This document shows positions 44,501 through 60,800 of a stretch of DNA of 64,000 bases, in pieces. Origin of the DNA: the human T2T-CHM13v2.0 reference genome, Homo sapiens; assembly GCF_009914755.1 (NCBI RefSeq), contig NC_060940.1. The stretch is one strand, 5' to 3'. The position numbers were made by a program, and so were the translations under genes. A model generated the notes under the pieces. The model did not search any database and had not been told where the DNA came from. It was given only the letters and a program-made list of their open reading frames with translations. Every line of letters begins with the position of its first letter. Within the stretch, counting starts at the first letter, position 1.

Positions 44501-47500
44501 TCGAGGATTCCATTTGATTCCATTCGATGATGATTCCATTCGAGTCCATTCGATGATTTCATTCGAGTACATCCAATGATTCCATTCGAGTCCATTAGAT
44601 GATTCCATTTGATTCCATTTGAAAATGATTCTACTAGAGTCCATTCAATGACTCCATTCGAGTCCATTCAACAATTCCATTCGACTCCATTCGATGATTC
44701 CATTCGATTCCATTTGATGGTTCCATTCGAGTTCATTTAATCATTACAGTCGAGTCCATTTGGTGATTCCACTGGATTTCTTTTGATAATGATACCATTC
44801 AATTACATTTGATGATGATCCCATTCAATTTCATTTGATGATGATTCCATTAGAGTCCATTCGATGATTTCATTCGAGTCCCTTCATTGATTCCATCCAA
44901 TTTCATTGGATGATGACTCCATTCGAGTCCATTCGATGATTCCACTCGATTCCATTAGATGACTCCATTGGAGTCCATTTGATTGTTCCATTCGATTCCA
45001 TTCGATTCCTTTCGAAGATTATTCCATTTGAGTCCATTCGATGATGATTCCATTCCATTCCATTCGATGATTCCGTTTGATTCCATTCGATGATTCCCTT
45101 CGATTCCTTTCTTTGATGATTCCATTCCATTCCATTCAATGATTCCATTCGAATCTATTCCATGATGATTCCTTTCGATTCCATTCGCTGATGTTTCCGT
45201 TCAATTCCATTCGATGATGATTCCATTCGATTCCATTCATTGAGGATTCCATTTGATTCCATTCAATGATGATTCCATTCTATTCCATTCAATGATTGCA
45301 TTCAATTCCATTCAATGATTATCCCCTTAGAGTAAACTCAACGATTCCATTCAATACCATTCGATGATGATTCCTTTTGAGTCCATTCAATGATTTCATT
45401 CAAGTCCATTTGATGATTCCTTTCAATTCCATTCTATGATGATTCCATTCGAGTCCATTCGATGATTCCATTCGATTGCATTCGATGATTCCATTATATT
45501 CCATTCAACAGTGATTCCATTCGAGTCAATTCCATGATTCCATTAGAGTACATTTAATGATTGCTTTGTTTTCAATTCGAAGATGATTACATTGGATTCC
45601 ATTCTATGATACCATTCGATTCCATTCAATGATGATTCCACTCAAATCCATTGGATGATTCCATTCGTGTCCATTCGGTGATTTCATTACATTCCATTCG
45701 AGGATGATTCCATTCGATTCCATTCGATGATTCCATTCAATTCCATTCGATGATGATTCCATTCCAGTCCATATGATCATTCCATTTGATTTCATTCGAT
45801 GATGATTCCATTCGATTCGATTCGACGATTCCATTCTATTCCATTCGATGATGATTCCATTCGAGTCCATTCGATGATTCCATTCGAGTCCATTTAATGA
45901 TTCCATTGGGTTCAATTCAATGATGATTACATTGGATTCCGTTCTATGATTCCATTCAATTCCGTTCATTGACAATTTGATTCCATTCGATGATGATTCC
46001 ATTTGAGTTCATTCGATGATTCTATTCGATTCTCTTCGATGGTGATTCAATTCTATTATATTGGATGATTCCATTCGATTCCATTTGATGTTGATTCAAT
46101 TCGATTCTATTCGATGATGATTCCATTGGATTTCACTTGATGATTCTATTCGATTCCATTCAATGATGATTCACTTCTCGTCCATTGGATGATTCCATTT
46201 CATTCCATTCGATGATGATTCCATTCGATTCCATTCGATGATTCCATTTGATTCCATGCGACGGTGAGCAATTCGATTCAATTCCATGATGATTCTATTT
46301 GATTCAATTAGATGATGTTTCCATTCGAATCCATTCCATGATTATTCCATTGGAATCCATTCGGCGATGATTCCATATGAGTCAATTCAATGATGATTCC
46401 ATATGGGTCCGTTCGATGATAATTCCATTTGATTTCATTCGATGCTTCTATTCTATTCCAGTCGATGATGATTCCGTTGGAGTCCATACGATGATTCCAT
46501 TTGATTTCATTTGATGATGATTCCATTCGATGATGATTACATTGGATTCCATTCTATGATTCCATTCAATTCCATTCGTTGATGATTCGATTCCATTCAA
46601 TGATGATTCCATTTGAGTTCATTCGATGATTCTATTCGATTCCGTTCGATGGTGATTCAATTCTATTATATTGGATGATTCCACTCGATTCCATTTGATG
46701 ATTATTCCATTGGAGTCCACTTAGTGAATCCTTTAGATTCTACTCGACGATGATTCCATTCGAGTCCATTCGATGATACCATTCAATTCCATTCGTTGAT
46801 GCTTCCATTCAAGTGCATTCGATGATATCATTCGATTCCATTTGATGATAATTCCATTTGATTCCATGCGATGATTCTATTCGATTCCATTCAATGATAA
46901 TTCCATTCAATTCAGTGATTCCTCTGGACTCCATTTGATGATGATTCCATTCAATGATTCCATTCGATTCTATTCGAAAATGATTCCATTTGAATCCATT
47001 TGATGATGATTCCATTAGATTCCATTTGATGATTCCATTCGATTCCATTCGACGATGATTCCATTCGATTCCGTTTGATGATTCCATTCTATTCTATTCG
47101 ATGATGATTCCATTCGATTCCATTCGATGATGATTGGATTCGATTCCATTTGATGATTTCATTTGATTCCATTCGTTAATGATTTCGATCAATTCCATTC
47201 GATGATTCCATTCGATTCCATTCGATAATGATTACATCCGAGTCCATTCGATGATTCCCTTTGAGCCTGTTCGATAATTCCATTTGAGTCCAACCAATGA
47301 TTCCATTCATTTCCATTCAATGATTCCATTCGAGTCCATTTGATCATTCCGGTAGGGTCCATTCGATGTTGATTCCATTGGAGTGCATTCGATGATTCCA
47401 TTCGAGTCCATTTTAGGATTTGATTCGAGTCCTTTCGATGATTCCATTCGATTCCACTCGATGATGATTTCATTCGAGTCCATTCGACACTTCCAATCGA

Positions 47501-47661
47501 TTCCATTTGATGATTCCATTCGAGTCCAATTGATGATTCCATTCAATTCCATTCGATGATGATTCCGTACGATTCCATTCTGTGATGATTCCATGTGATT
47601 GCATTCAATGATGATTCCTTTCGATTGCATTCGATTATGATTCATTTCGTGTTCATTCTAT
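41550..47661 (+). repeat. Higher-order unit C2 (6112 bp)
   Basis: Landmark spacing 6112; ORFs recur at +6112 (41627/47739, 42258/48370). Confidence 0.92.
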
Positions 47662-50600
47662 GGTTCCACAGGTTTCCATTCGTGTCCATTCCATTATTCC
47701 ATTCTATTCCATTTGATGATGATTCCATTCGATTCCATTCATTGGTGATTCCACTCAATTCCATTCAATGATTCCATTCCATTTCTTTCAACAATGATTC
47801 CATTAGTTTCTAATCGATGATCCACTTGATTCCATTTGACGACGATTCCATTCTTGTCCATTCGATGATTCCATTTGATTCCATATGATGATGATTCCAT
47901 TCGATTCCATACCATGATGATTCCATTCGAGTCCATTCAATGGTGATTCCATTCAATTCCATTCGATGATTCCTTTTGATTCCATTCGATGATGATGGCA
48001 TTCGATTCCTTTCAATCATTCCCTTTGATTCCATTCAAAGGTGATTTCATTCAAGTCCATTCGATAATTGCATTCGATTCCATTCTATGATGATTCCATT
48101 CGAGTCCATTTGATGATTCCATTCAATTCAAGTCAATGATGATTCCATTCGATTCCATTCGATGATTCCATTGGATTCCATTCGATGATGATTCCATTCA
48201 AATCCATTCGATAATTCAATTCAAGTCCATTCGATGATGATTCCAATCGAATCCATTCAAAGATTCCATTCAGTTCCATTCGATGATTCCCTTAGATTCC
48301 ATTCGATGATTCCACTTGATTGCATTTACGATGATTCCATTCGATTCCATGTGATGATTCCATTCAATTCTATTCAATGATGTCTCCATTTGATTCCATT
48401 CGACCATGATTGCCTTTGATTCCATTCAATGATTCCATTCGGTTCCGTTTGATGATGATTCCGTTCGATTCCATTTGATGATTCCATTTGATTCCATTGG
48501 ATGAGTCCATTCGATTACATTCGATGATTATTCCATTCGAGTGCATTAGATGATTCCATTCGAGTCCATTCGATGATTCCATTCGATTCCATTCGATGTT
48601 GATTCTGTTCAAATCCATTCGATGATTCCACTCGATTCCATTCGTTGACTCCATTTGATCCCATTCGATGATTTCCTTTGATTCCCTTTGATGATCATTC
48701 CATTTGATTCAATTCGGTGATTTCATTTGATTCCATTCAGTGATGTTTCCATTCGACTCCATTCGATGATGATTCCATTCGACTCCATTCGATTATGATT
48801 TCATTCAATTCCATTCGATAATGATTCCCTTCGAGTCCATTCGATGATTCCATTCGATTCCATTCAACGATGATTTGATTCGTGTCCATTCGATGATTCC
48901 ATTTGATTCCACTTGATGATGATTCCATTCAAGTCCATTTGATGATTCCATTCAATTCCATACTCCGATGATTTCTTTTGAGCCCACTCAATGCTTCCAC
49001 TCGATTCCATATGATGATGACTCCATTCGATGAAATTCGATGATGATTCCATTCGCTTGCTTTCGATGATGATTCCACTTGAGTCCGTTAGAAGATTCTA
49101 TTCAATTACATTCCAGGACGATTCCGTTCGAGTCCATTTGATGATTCCATTAGACTCCATTCGACGATGATTCCATTCGATGTTATTCGATGATTCCATT
49201 CGATCTCATTCGATGATGATTCCATTCAACTCCATTCGATGTTTCCATTCGAGTTCATTCTATTATTCCATTAGATTCCATTCGATGATGATTCCATTCG
49301 ATTCCATTTGATGATTGCATTCTATTTCATTTGATGATGATTCCATTCGAGTCCACTCGATGATTCCATTCGAGTCCATTTAATGAATCCATTGGTTTCA
49401 ATTCTATGATGATTACATTGGATTCCATTCGTTGATGATTTCATTCGGTTCCATTCAATGATGATTCCATTCAATTCCTTTCAATGTTTCCATTCAATTC
49501 CATACGATGATGATTCCATTTGATTTGATTCGACAGTGAGCCATTCGATTCAATTCCATGATGATTCTATTTGATTCAATTGGTTGACATTTCCATTCGA
49601 TTCCATTCGATGATGATTCCCTTTGATTCCGTTCAAAGATGATTCCATTCTAGCCCATTCAATCATTCCATTCGATTCTATTCAATGATGATTCCATTCA
49701 TGTCGATTTGGTGATTCCATTTGACTTCATTTGATGATGATTCCTTTCAAGTTCATTAGATGATTCCATTCGATTCCATTTGATGATGATCCCATTCGAG
49801 TCCATTCAGTGATTCCATTCGTTTCCATTCCATGATGATTCCATTCCTTTCCATTCAATGATTCCATTCGATTCCGTTTGATGATGATTTCATTCGAGTC
49901 CATTTGATGATTCCATTTGATTCCATTCGATGATGATTCCATTCGAGTCCATTCGATGATTCTATTCGAATCCATTTGATGATTTCTTTTGATTATATTT
50001 GGTGATGATTCCATTGGAGTCCATTCAATGATTCCATTCTATTCCAATCGATGATGATTCCATTAGAGTCCATTTAATGATTCCATTTGATTCCAGTCTC
50101 TGATGATTACATTCGAGTCCATACGATGATTCCACTCAATTCCATATGATGATGATTCCATTTGATTCCATTCGGTGATTCCGTTCTATTCTATTCAATG
50201 GTGATTCCATTCGAGTACATTAGATGATTCCATTCGATTCCATTCAATGATGATTCTATTTGTGTCCCTTAGATGATTCCACATGATTCCATTAGATGAT
50301 GATACTATTTGAGCCCATCCAATGATTCCCTTCGATTCCATTCGATGAGGATTCCATTCGATTCAATTCATTGGTGATTCTATTCAATTCAATTCTTTGA
50401 TTCCATTCCATTCCATTCGACAATGATTCCATTCGATTTCTTTCGATGATTCCACTCGATTCCACTTGACATTGATTCCATTCGATTCCATTCAATGATT
50501 CCATTTGATTCCAGTGGATGATGATTGCCATCGATTCCATTCGATCACTCCATTCTATTCCATTTGATGATGATTACATTCGATTCCATTTGATGATTCC

Positions 50601-53600
50601 ATCTGATTCTATTCGAGGATTCCATTTGATTCCATTCGATGATGATTCCATTCGAGTCCATTCGATGATTTCATTCGAGTACATCCAATGATTCCATTCG
50701 AGTCCATTAGATGATTCCATTTGATTCCATTTGAAAATGATTCTACTAGAGTCCATTCAATGACTCCATTCGAGTCCATTCAACAATTCCATTCGACTCC
50801 ATTCGATGATTCCATTCGATTCCATTTGATGGTTCCATTCGAGTCCATTTGGTGATTCCACCGGATTTCTTTTGATAATGATATCATTCAATTACATTTG
50901 ATGATGATCCCATTCAATTGCATTTGATGATGACTCCATTAGAGTCCATTCGATGATTTCATTCGAGTCCCTTCATTGATTCCATCCGATTTCATTGGAT
51001 GATGACTCCATTCGAGTCCATTCGATGATTCCACTCGATTCCATTAGATGATTCCATTGGAGTCCATTTGATTGTTCCATTCGATTCCATTCGATTCCTT
51101 TCGAAGATTATTCCATTTGAGTCCATTCGATGATGATTCCATTCCATTCCATTCGATGATTCCGTTTGATTCCATTCGATGATTCCCTTTGATTCCTTTC
51201 TTTGATGATTCCATTCCATTCCATTCAATGATTCCATTCGAATCTATTCCATGATGATTCCTTTCGATTCCATTCGCTGATGTTTCCGTTCAATTCCATT
51301 CGGTGATGATTCCATTCGATTCCATTCATTGAGGATTCCATTTGATTCCATTCAATGATGATTCCATTCTATTCCATTCAATGATTGCATTCAATTCCAT
51401 TCAATGATTATCCCCTTAGAGTAAACTCAACGATTCCATTCAATACCATTCGATGATGATTCCTTTTGAGTCCATTCAATGATTTCATTCAAGTCCATTT
51501 GATGATTCCTTTCAATTCCATTCTATGATGATTCCATTCGAGTCCATTCGATGATTCCATTCGATTGCATTCGATTATTCCATTATATTCCAGTCAATGA
51601 TGATTCCATTCGAGTCCATTCGATGATTCCATTAGAGTACATTTAATGATTGCTTTGTTTTCAATTCGAAGATGATTACATTGGATTCCATTCTATGATA
51701 CCATTCGATTCCATTCAATGATGATTCCACTCAAATCCATTGGATGATTCCATTCGTGTCCATTCGGTGATTTCATTAGATTCCATTCGAGGATGATTCC
51801 ATTCGATTCCATTCGATGATTCCATTCAATTCCATTCGATGAAGATTCCATTCCAGTCCATATGATCATTCCATTTGATTTCATTCGATGATGATTCCAT
51901 TCGATTCCATTCGATGATTCCATTCTATTCCATTCGATGATGATTCCATTGGAGTCCATTCGATGATTGCATTCGAGTCCATTTAATGATTCCATTGGGT
52001 TCAATTCAATGATGATTACATTGGATTCCGTTCTATGATTCCATTCAATTCCGTTCATTGACAATTTGATTCCATTCGATGATGATTCCGTTTGAGTTCA
52101 TTCGATGATTCTATTCGATTCTCTTCGATGGTGATTCAATTCTATTATATTGGATGATTCCATTCGATTCCATTTGATGTTGATTCAATTCGATTCTATT
52201 CGATGATGATTCCATTGGATTTCACTTGATGATTCTATTCGATTCCATTCAATGATGATTCACTTCTCGTCCATTGGATGATTCCATTTCATTCCATTCG
52301 ATGATGATTCCATTCGATTCCATTCGATGATTCCATTTGATTCCATGCGACGGTGAGCAACTCGATTCAATTCCATGATGATTCTATTTGATTCAATTAG
52401 ATGATGTTTCCATTCGAATCCATTCCATGATTATTCCATTGGAATCCATTTGGTGATGATTCCATATGAGTCAATTCAATGATGATTCCATATGGGTCCG
52501 TTCGATGATAATTCCATTTGATTTCATTCGATGCTTCTATTCTATTCCAGTCGATGATGATTCCGTTGGAGTCCATACGATGATTCCATTTGATTTCATT
52601 TGATGATGATTCCATTCGATGATGATTACATTGGATTCCATTCTATGATTCCATTCAATTCCATTCGTTGATGATTCGATTCCATTCAATGATGATTCCA
52701 TTTGAGTTCATTCGATGATTCTATTCGATTCCGTTCGATGGTGATTCAATTCTCTTATATTGGATGAATCCACTCGATTCCATTTGATGATTATTCCATT
52801 GGAGTCCACTTAGTGAATCCTTTAGATTCTACTCGAAGATGATTCCATTCGAGTCCATTCAATGATACCATTCAATTTCATTCGTTGATGCTTCCATTCA
52901 AGTGCATTCGATGATATCATTCGATTCCATTTGATGATAATTCCATTTGATTCCATGCGATGATTCTATTCGATTCCATTCAATGATAATTCCATCCAAT
53001 TCAGTGATTCCTCTGGACTCCATTTGATGATGATTCCATTCAATGATTCCATTCGATTCTATTCCAAAATGATTCCATTTGAATCCATTTGATGATGATT
53101 CCATTAGATTCCATTTGATGATTCCATTCGATTCCATTTGACGATGATTCCATTCGATTCCATTTGATGATTCCATTCTATTCTATTCGATGATGATTCC
53201 ATTCGATTCCATTTGATGATGATTGGATTCGATTCCATTTGATGATTTCATTTGATTCCATTCGTTAATGATTTCGATCAACTCCATTCGATGATTCCAT
53301 TTGATTCCATTCGATAATGATTACATCCGAGTCCATTCGATGATTCCATTTGAGCCCGTTCGATAATTCCATTTGAGTCCAATCAATGATTCCATTCATT
53401 TCCATTCAATGATTCCATTCGAGTCCATTTGATCATTCTGGTAGGGTCCGTTCGATGTTGATTCCATTGGAGTGCATTCGATGATTCCATTCGAGTCCAT
53501 TTTATGATTTGATTCGAGTCCTTTCGATGATTCCATTCGATTCCACTCGATGATGATTTCATTCGAGTCCATTCGACACTTCCAATCGATTCCATTTGAT

Positions 53601-53750
53601 GTTTCCATTCGAGTCCAATTGATGATTCCATTCAATTCCATTCGATGATGATTCCGTACGATTCCATTCTGTGATGATTCCATGTGATTGCATTCAATGA
53701 TGATTCCTTTCGATTGCATTCGATTATGATTCATTTCGTGTTCATTCTAT
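47662..53750 (+). repeat. Higher-order unit C3 (6089 bp = 6112 - 23)
   Basis: Lacks the 23-bp monomer AATCATTACAGTCGAGTCCATTT near 50850. Confidence 0.9.
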
Positions 53751-56700
53751 GGTTCCACAGGTTTCCATTCGATGACGTTTCCGTTCGTGTCCATTCCATT
53801 ATTCCATTCTATTTCATTTGATGATGATTCCATTCGATTCCATTCATTGGTGATTCCACTCAATTCCATTCAATGATTCCATTCCATTTCTTTCAACAAT
53901 GATTCCATTAGTTTCTATTCGATGATCCACTTGATTCCATTTGGCGATGATTCCATTCGTGTCCATTCGATGATTCCATTTGATTCCATATGATGATGAT
54001 TCCATTCGATTCCATACCATGATGATTCCATTCGAGTCCATTCAATGGTGATTCCATTCAATTCCATTCGATGATTCCTTCCGATTCCATTCGATGATGA
54101 TGGCATTCGATTCCTTTCAATCATTCCCTTTGATTCCATTCAAAGGTGATTTCATTCAAGTCCATTCGATAATTGCATTCGATTCCATTCTATGATGATT
54201 CCATTCGAGTCCATTTGATGATTCCATTCAATTCAAGTCAATGATGATTCCATTCGATTCCACTCGATGATTCCATTGGATTCCATTCGATGATGATTCC
54301 ATTCAAATCCATTCGATAATTCAATTCAAGTCCATTCGATGATGATTCCAATCGAATCCATTCAAAGATTCCATTCAATTCCATTCGATGATGATTCCCT
54401 TAGATTCCATTCGCTGATTCCACTTGATTCCATTTACGATGATTCCATTCGATTCCATGTGATGAATCCATTCAATTCTATTCAATGATGTTTCCATTTG
54501 ATTCCATTGGACCATGATTGCCTTTGATTCCATTCAATGATTCCATTCGGTTCCATTTGATGATGATTCCGTTCGATTCCATTTCATTATTCCATTTGAT
54601 TCCATTGGATGAGTCCATTCGATTACATTCGATGATTATTCCATTCGAGTGCATTAGATGATTGCATTCGAGTCCATTCGATGATTCCATTCGATTCCAT
54701 TCGATGTTGATTCTGTTCAAATCCATTCGATGATTCCACTCGATTCCATTCGATGACTCCATTTGATCCCATTCGATGATTTCCTGTGATTCCCTTTGAT
54801 GATCATTCTATTTGATTCAATTCGGTGATTTCATTTCATTCCATTCAGTGATGTTTCCATTCGACTGTATTCGATGATGATTCCATTCGACTCCATTCGA
54901 TTATGATTTCATTCAATTCCATTCAATAATGATTCCCTTCGAGTCCATTCGATGATTCCATTCGATTCCATTCAACGATGATTTGATTCGTTTCCATTCG
55001 ATGATTCCATTTGATTCCACTTGATGATGATTCCATTCGAGTCTATTTATGTATTATATTCGTGTCCACTTCATGATTCCATTCAATTCCATTTAATGTT
55101 GATTCCATTTGATTCCATTTGATGATTCAGTTCGATTCCTTGCAATGATTCCCTACGATTCCTTTCTATGAGGATTCCATTAGATTCCATTCATTTATGA
55201 TTTCATTCGACTCCATTCGATGATGATTCCTTTCGATTCCATTTGACGATGTTTCCATTCGAGTCCATTCGATGATGATTCTATTCAATTCTGTTCTATT
55301 ATGATTCCATTCGATTTCATTCAATGCTTCTATTTGATTCCATTCGATGATGATTCCATCTCTTTCCCTTCGATGATTCCATTTGATTCCATTCAGTGAT
55401 GATTCCATTTGATTCCATCTGATGATGATTTCACTTGATTCCTTTCAATGATGATTCAATTCAAGTCCATTCGATGATTCCATTGGAGTCCAAACGATCA
55501 TTCCGTTCGATTCCATTCAATGGTGATTCCATTCATGTCCATTCGATGAATCCATTCAATTCCATTCGATGATGACTCCATTCGAGTACATTCGATGATT
55601 CCATTTGATTCCATTTGAAGATGATTCCATTCAATTCCATTCGAAGATGATTCCATTCAATTCCATTCGATGATGATTCCGTATGAATCCATTCTCTGAT
55701 TATTCCATTTGATTCCATTCATTGACGATTCCATTCAATTCCATTCAATGATGATTCTCTTCTATTCCATTCGATGATTCCGGTCGATTCCATTCGATGA
55801 TGATTCCATTAGATTCCATTCGATTGTTGCATTCGATTCCCTTCGATGATGATTCCTTTGAATTCCATTCGATTATCATTCCGTATGAATCCATTTGATG
55901 ATTATTCCATTGGATTCCTTTCGATGATGATTCCATTCGATTCCATTTGATGATGTTTCTCTTGTATTCCATTGGATAATTCCTTTCAGTTCCCTTCGAT
56001 GATTATTCTTTCGAGTCAATTCGATGATTCTATTCCATTCCCTTCGATGATGATTCCATTTCACTCCATTGGATGATTCCATTCGACTCAATTTGGTGAT
56101 GATTCAATTCGATGACATTCGATGACTCCATTCAATTTCATTTGATGATGATTACATTCGAGTCCATTTGATGATTGTATTCCTTTCCTTTTGATGATTA
56201 TTCCATTCGTGTCTATTCAAAGAATCCATTCTATTCCATTCAATGATGATTGCATTTGATTCCATTCAATGAATATGGCTATCGATTCCACTCGTTGATT
56301 CCATTTGATTCCGTTCGATGATTATTCCGTTAGATTCCATTAGAAGATTCCATTCGATTTTATTCAATGATTCCAATGGATTCCATTCAATGATGATTCC
56401 ATTCGACTCCATTCAGTGATTCCATTCGAGTCCATTTGATGATTCCATTCTTTTCCATTTGATGATGATTCCATTAGGGTCCATTCAATGATTCCATTCG
56501 AGTCCATTCGTTAATGCCTTTCGAGTCCTTTTGATCACTACATTCGAGTCCATTCAATGATTCTATTCGATTTCATTCCATGATGATTCCATTCGAGTTC
56601 ATTCGATGATTGCATTCGAGTCCATTTGATGATTCCATATGATTCCATTCGTGTCCATTTGATGATTCCATTCATTTCCTATCGATGAAGATTCCATTCA

Positions 56701-57825
56701 AGGGTATTCGATGATTCCATTCAAATCCATTCGATGATGATTCCATTCCAGTCCATTCGATCATTCCACTTGATTCCATTTGATGACTATTCCATTCAAA
56801 TCCATTTGATGATTCCATTCGATTCCATTCGATGTTACCATTCGAGTATATACGATGATTCCACTCGATTCCATTTGATGATTATTCCATTGGAGTCCAC
56901 TTAGTGAATCCTTTAGATTCTACTCGAAGATGATTCCATTCGAGTCCATTCGATGATACCATTCAATTCCATTCGTTGATGCTTCCATTCAAGTGCATTC
57001 GATGATATCATTCGATTCCATTTGATGATAATTCCATTTGATTCCATGCGATGATTCTATTCGATTCCATTCAATGATAATTCCATTCAATTCAGTGATT
57101 CCTCTGGACTCCATTTGATGATGATTCCATTCAATGATTCCATTCGATTCTATTCCAAAATGATTCCATTTGAATCCATTTGATGATGATTCCATTGGAT
57201 TCCATTTGATGATTCCATTCGATTCCATTCGATGATGATTCCATTCGATTCCATTTGATGATTCCATTCTATTCTATTCGATGATGATTCCATTCGATTC
57301 CATTCGATGATGATTGGATTCGATTCCATTTGATTCCATTCGATAATGATTTCGATCAATTCCATTCGATGATTCCATTCGATTCCATTCGATAATGATT
57401 ACATCCGAGTCCATTCGATGATTCCATTTGAGCCCGTTCGATAATTCCATTTGAGTCCAATCAATGATTCCATTCATTTCCATTCAATGATTCCATTCGA
57501 GTCCATTTGATCATTCCGGTAGGGTCCGTTCGATGTTGATTCCATTGGAGTGCATTCGATGATTCCATTCGAGTCCATTTTAGGATTTGATTCGAGTCCT
57601 TTTGATGATTCCATTCGATTCCACTCGATGATTTCATTCGAGTCCATTCGACACTTCCAATCGATTCCATTTGATGTTTCCATTCGATTCCAATTGATGA
57701 TTCCATTCAATTCCATTCGATGATGATTCCGTACGATTCCATTCTGTGATGATTCCATGTGATTGCAATCAATGATGATTCCTTTCGATTGCATTCGATT
57801 ATGATTCATTTCGTGTTCATTCTAT
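53751..57825 (+). repeat. Higher-order unit A4 (4075 bp = 4127 - 23 - 16 - 13)
   Basis: A-specific block at 55039-56853; small deletions near 55035, 56645 and 57330. Confidence 0.88.
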
Positions 57826-60800
57826 GGTTCCACAGGTTTCCATTCGATGATGTTTCCATTCGTTTCCATTCCATTATTAGATTCTATTCCATTTGAAGAT
57901 GATTCCATTCGATTCCATTCATTGGTGATTCCACTCAATTCCATTCAATGATTCCATTCCATTTCTTTCAACAATGATTCCATTAGTTTCTATTCGATGA
58001 TCCACTTGATTCCATTTGACGATGATTCCATTCGTGTCCATTCGATGATTCCATTTGATTCCATATGATGATGATTCCATTCGATTCCATACGATGATGA
58101 TTCCATTCGAGTCCATTCAATGGTGATTCCATTCAATTCCATTCGATGATTCCTTTCGATTCCATTCAATGATGATGGCATTCGATTCCTTTCGATCATT
58201 CCCTTTGATTCCATTCAAATGTGATTTCATTCAAGTCCATTCGATAATTGCATTCGATTCCATTCTATGATGATTCCATTCGAGTCCATTTGATGATTCC
58301 ATTCAATTCAAGTCAATGATGATTCCATTCGATTCCACTCGATGATTCCATTGGATTCCATTCGATGATGATTCCATTCAAATCCATTCGATAATTCAAT
58401 TCAAGTCCATTCGATGATGATTCCAATCGAATCCATTCAAAGATTCCACTCAATTCCATTCGATGATGATTCCCTTAGATTCCATTCGATGATTCCACTT
58501 GATTCCATTTACGATGATTCCATTCGATTCCATGTGATGATTCCATTCAATTCTATTCAATGATGTTTCCACTTGATTCCATTCGAACATGATTGCCTTT
58601 GATTCCATTCAATGATTCCATACGGTTCCATTTGATGATGATTCCATTCGAGTGCATTAGATGATTCCATTCGAGTCCATTCGATGATTCCATTCGATTC
58701 CATTCGATGTTGATTCTGTTCAAATCCATTCGATGATTCCACTCGATTCCATTCGATGACTCCATTTGATCCCATTCGATGATTTCCTTTGATTCCCTTT
58801 GATGATCATTCCATTTGATTCAATTCGGTGATTTCATTTGATTCCATTCAGTGATGTTTCCATTCAACTCCTTTCGATGATGATTCCATTCGACTCCATT
58901 CGATTATGATTTCATTCAATTCCATTCGATAATGATTCCCTTCAAGTCCATTCGATGATTCCATTCGATTCCATTCAACGATGATTTGATTCGTGTCCAT
59001 TCGATGATTCCATTTGATTCCATTTGATGATGATTCCATTCGAGTCCCTTTCATGATTCCATTCAATACCATTCTCCGATGATTTCTTTTGAGCCCATTC
59101 AATGCTTCCACTCGATTCCATATGATGATGACTCCATTTGATGAAATTCCATGATGATTCCATTCGCTTGCATTCGATGATGATTCCACTTGAGTCCGTT
59201 AGAAGATTCTATTCAATTACATTCCATGACGATTCTGTTCGAGTCCATTTGATGATTCCATTAGACTCCATTCAACGATGATTCCATTCGATGTTATTCG
59301 ATGATGATTCCATTCAACTCCATTCGATGTTTCCATTCGAGTTCATTCTATTATTCCATTAGATTCCATTCGATGATGATTCCATTCGATTCCATTTGAT
59401 GATTGCATTCTATTTCATTTGATGATGATTCCATTCGAGTCCATTCGATGATTCCATTCGAGTCCATTTAATGAATCCATTGGTTTCAATTCTATGATGA
59501 TTACATTGGATTCCATACGTTGATGATTTCATTCGATTCCATTCAATGATGATTCCATTCAATTCCATTCAATGATTCCATTCAATTCCATACGATGATG
59601 ATTCCATTTGATTTGATTCGACAGTGAGCCATTCGATTCAATTCCATGATGATTCTATTTGATTCAATTCGTTGACATTTCCATTCGATTCCATTCGATG
59701 ATGATTCCATTTGATTCCATTCAAAGATGATTCCATTCTAGCCCATTCAATCATTCCATTCGATTCTATTCAATGATGATTCCATTCATGTCGATTTGGT
59801 GATTCCATTTGACTTCATTTGATGATGATTCCTTTCAAGTTCATTAGATGATTCCATTCGATTCCATTTGATGATGATCCCATTCGAGTCCATTCAGTGA
59901 TTCCACTCGTTTCCATTCCATGATGATTCCATTCCATTCCATTCAATGATTCCATTCGATTCCGTTTGATGATGATTTCATTCGAGTCCATTTGATGATT
60001 CCATTTGATTCCATTCGATGATGATTACATTCGAGTCCATACGATGATTCCACTCAATTCCATATGATGATGATTCCATTCGATTCCATTCGGTGATTCC
60101 ATTCTATTCTATTCAATGTTGATTCCATTCGAGTACATTAGATGATTCCATTCGATTCCATTCAATGATGATTCTATTTGTGTCCCTTAGATGGTTCCAC
60201 ATGATTCCATTTCATGATGATACTATTTGAGCCCATCCAATTATTCCCTTCGATTCCATTCGATGAGGATTCCATTCGATTCAATTCATTGGTGATTCTA
60301 TTCAATTCAATTCTTTGATTCCATTCCATTCCATTCGACAATGATTCCATTCGATTTCTTTCGATGATTCCACTCGATTCCACTTGACATTGATTCCATT
60401 CGATTCCATTCAATGATTCCGTTTGATTCCAGTGGATGATGATTGCCATCGATTCCATTCGATCACTCCATTCTATTCCATTTGATGATGATTACATTCG
60501 ATTCCATTTGATGATTCCATCTGATTCTATTCGAGGATTCCATTTGATTCCATTCGATGATGATTCCATTCGAGTGCATTCGATGATTTCATTCGAGTAC
60601 ATCCAATGATTCCATTCGAGTCCATTTGATGATTCCATTTGATTCCATTTGATTATGATTCTACTAGAGTCCATTCAATGACTCCATTCGAATCCATTCA
60701 ACAATTCCATTCGAGGCCATTCGATGATTCCATTTCATGATTCCATTCGAGTCCATTTAATCATTACAGTCGAGTCCATTTGGTGATTCCACTGGATTTC

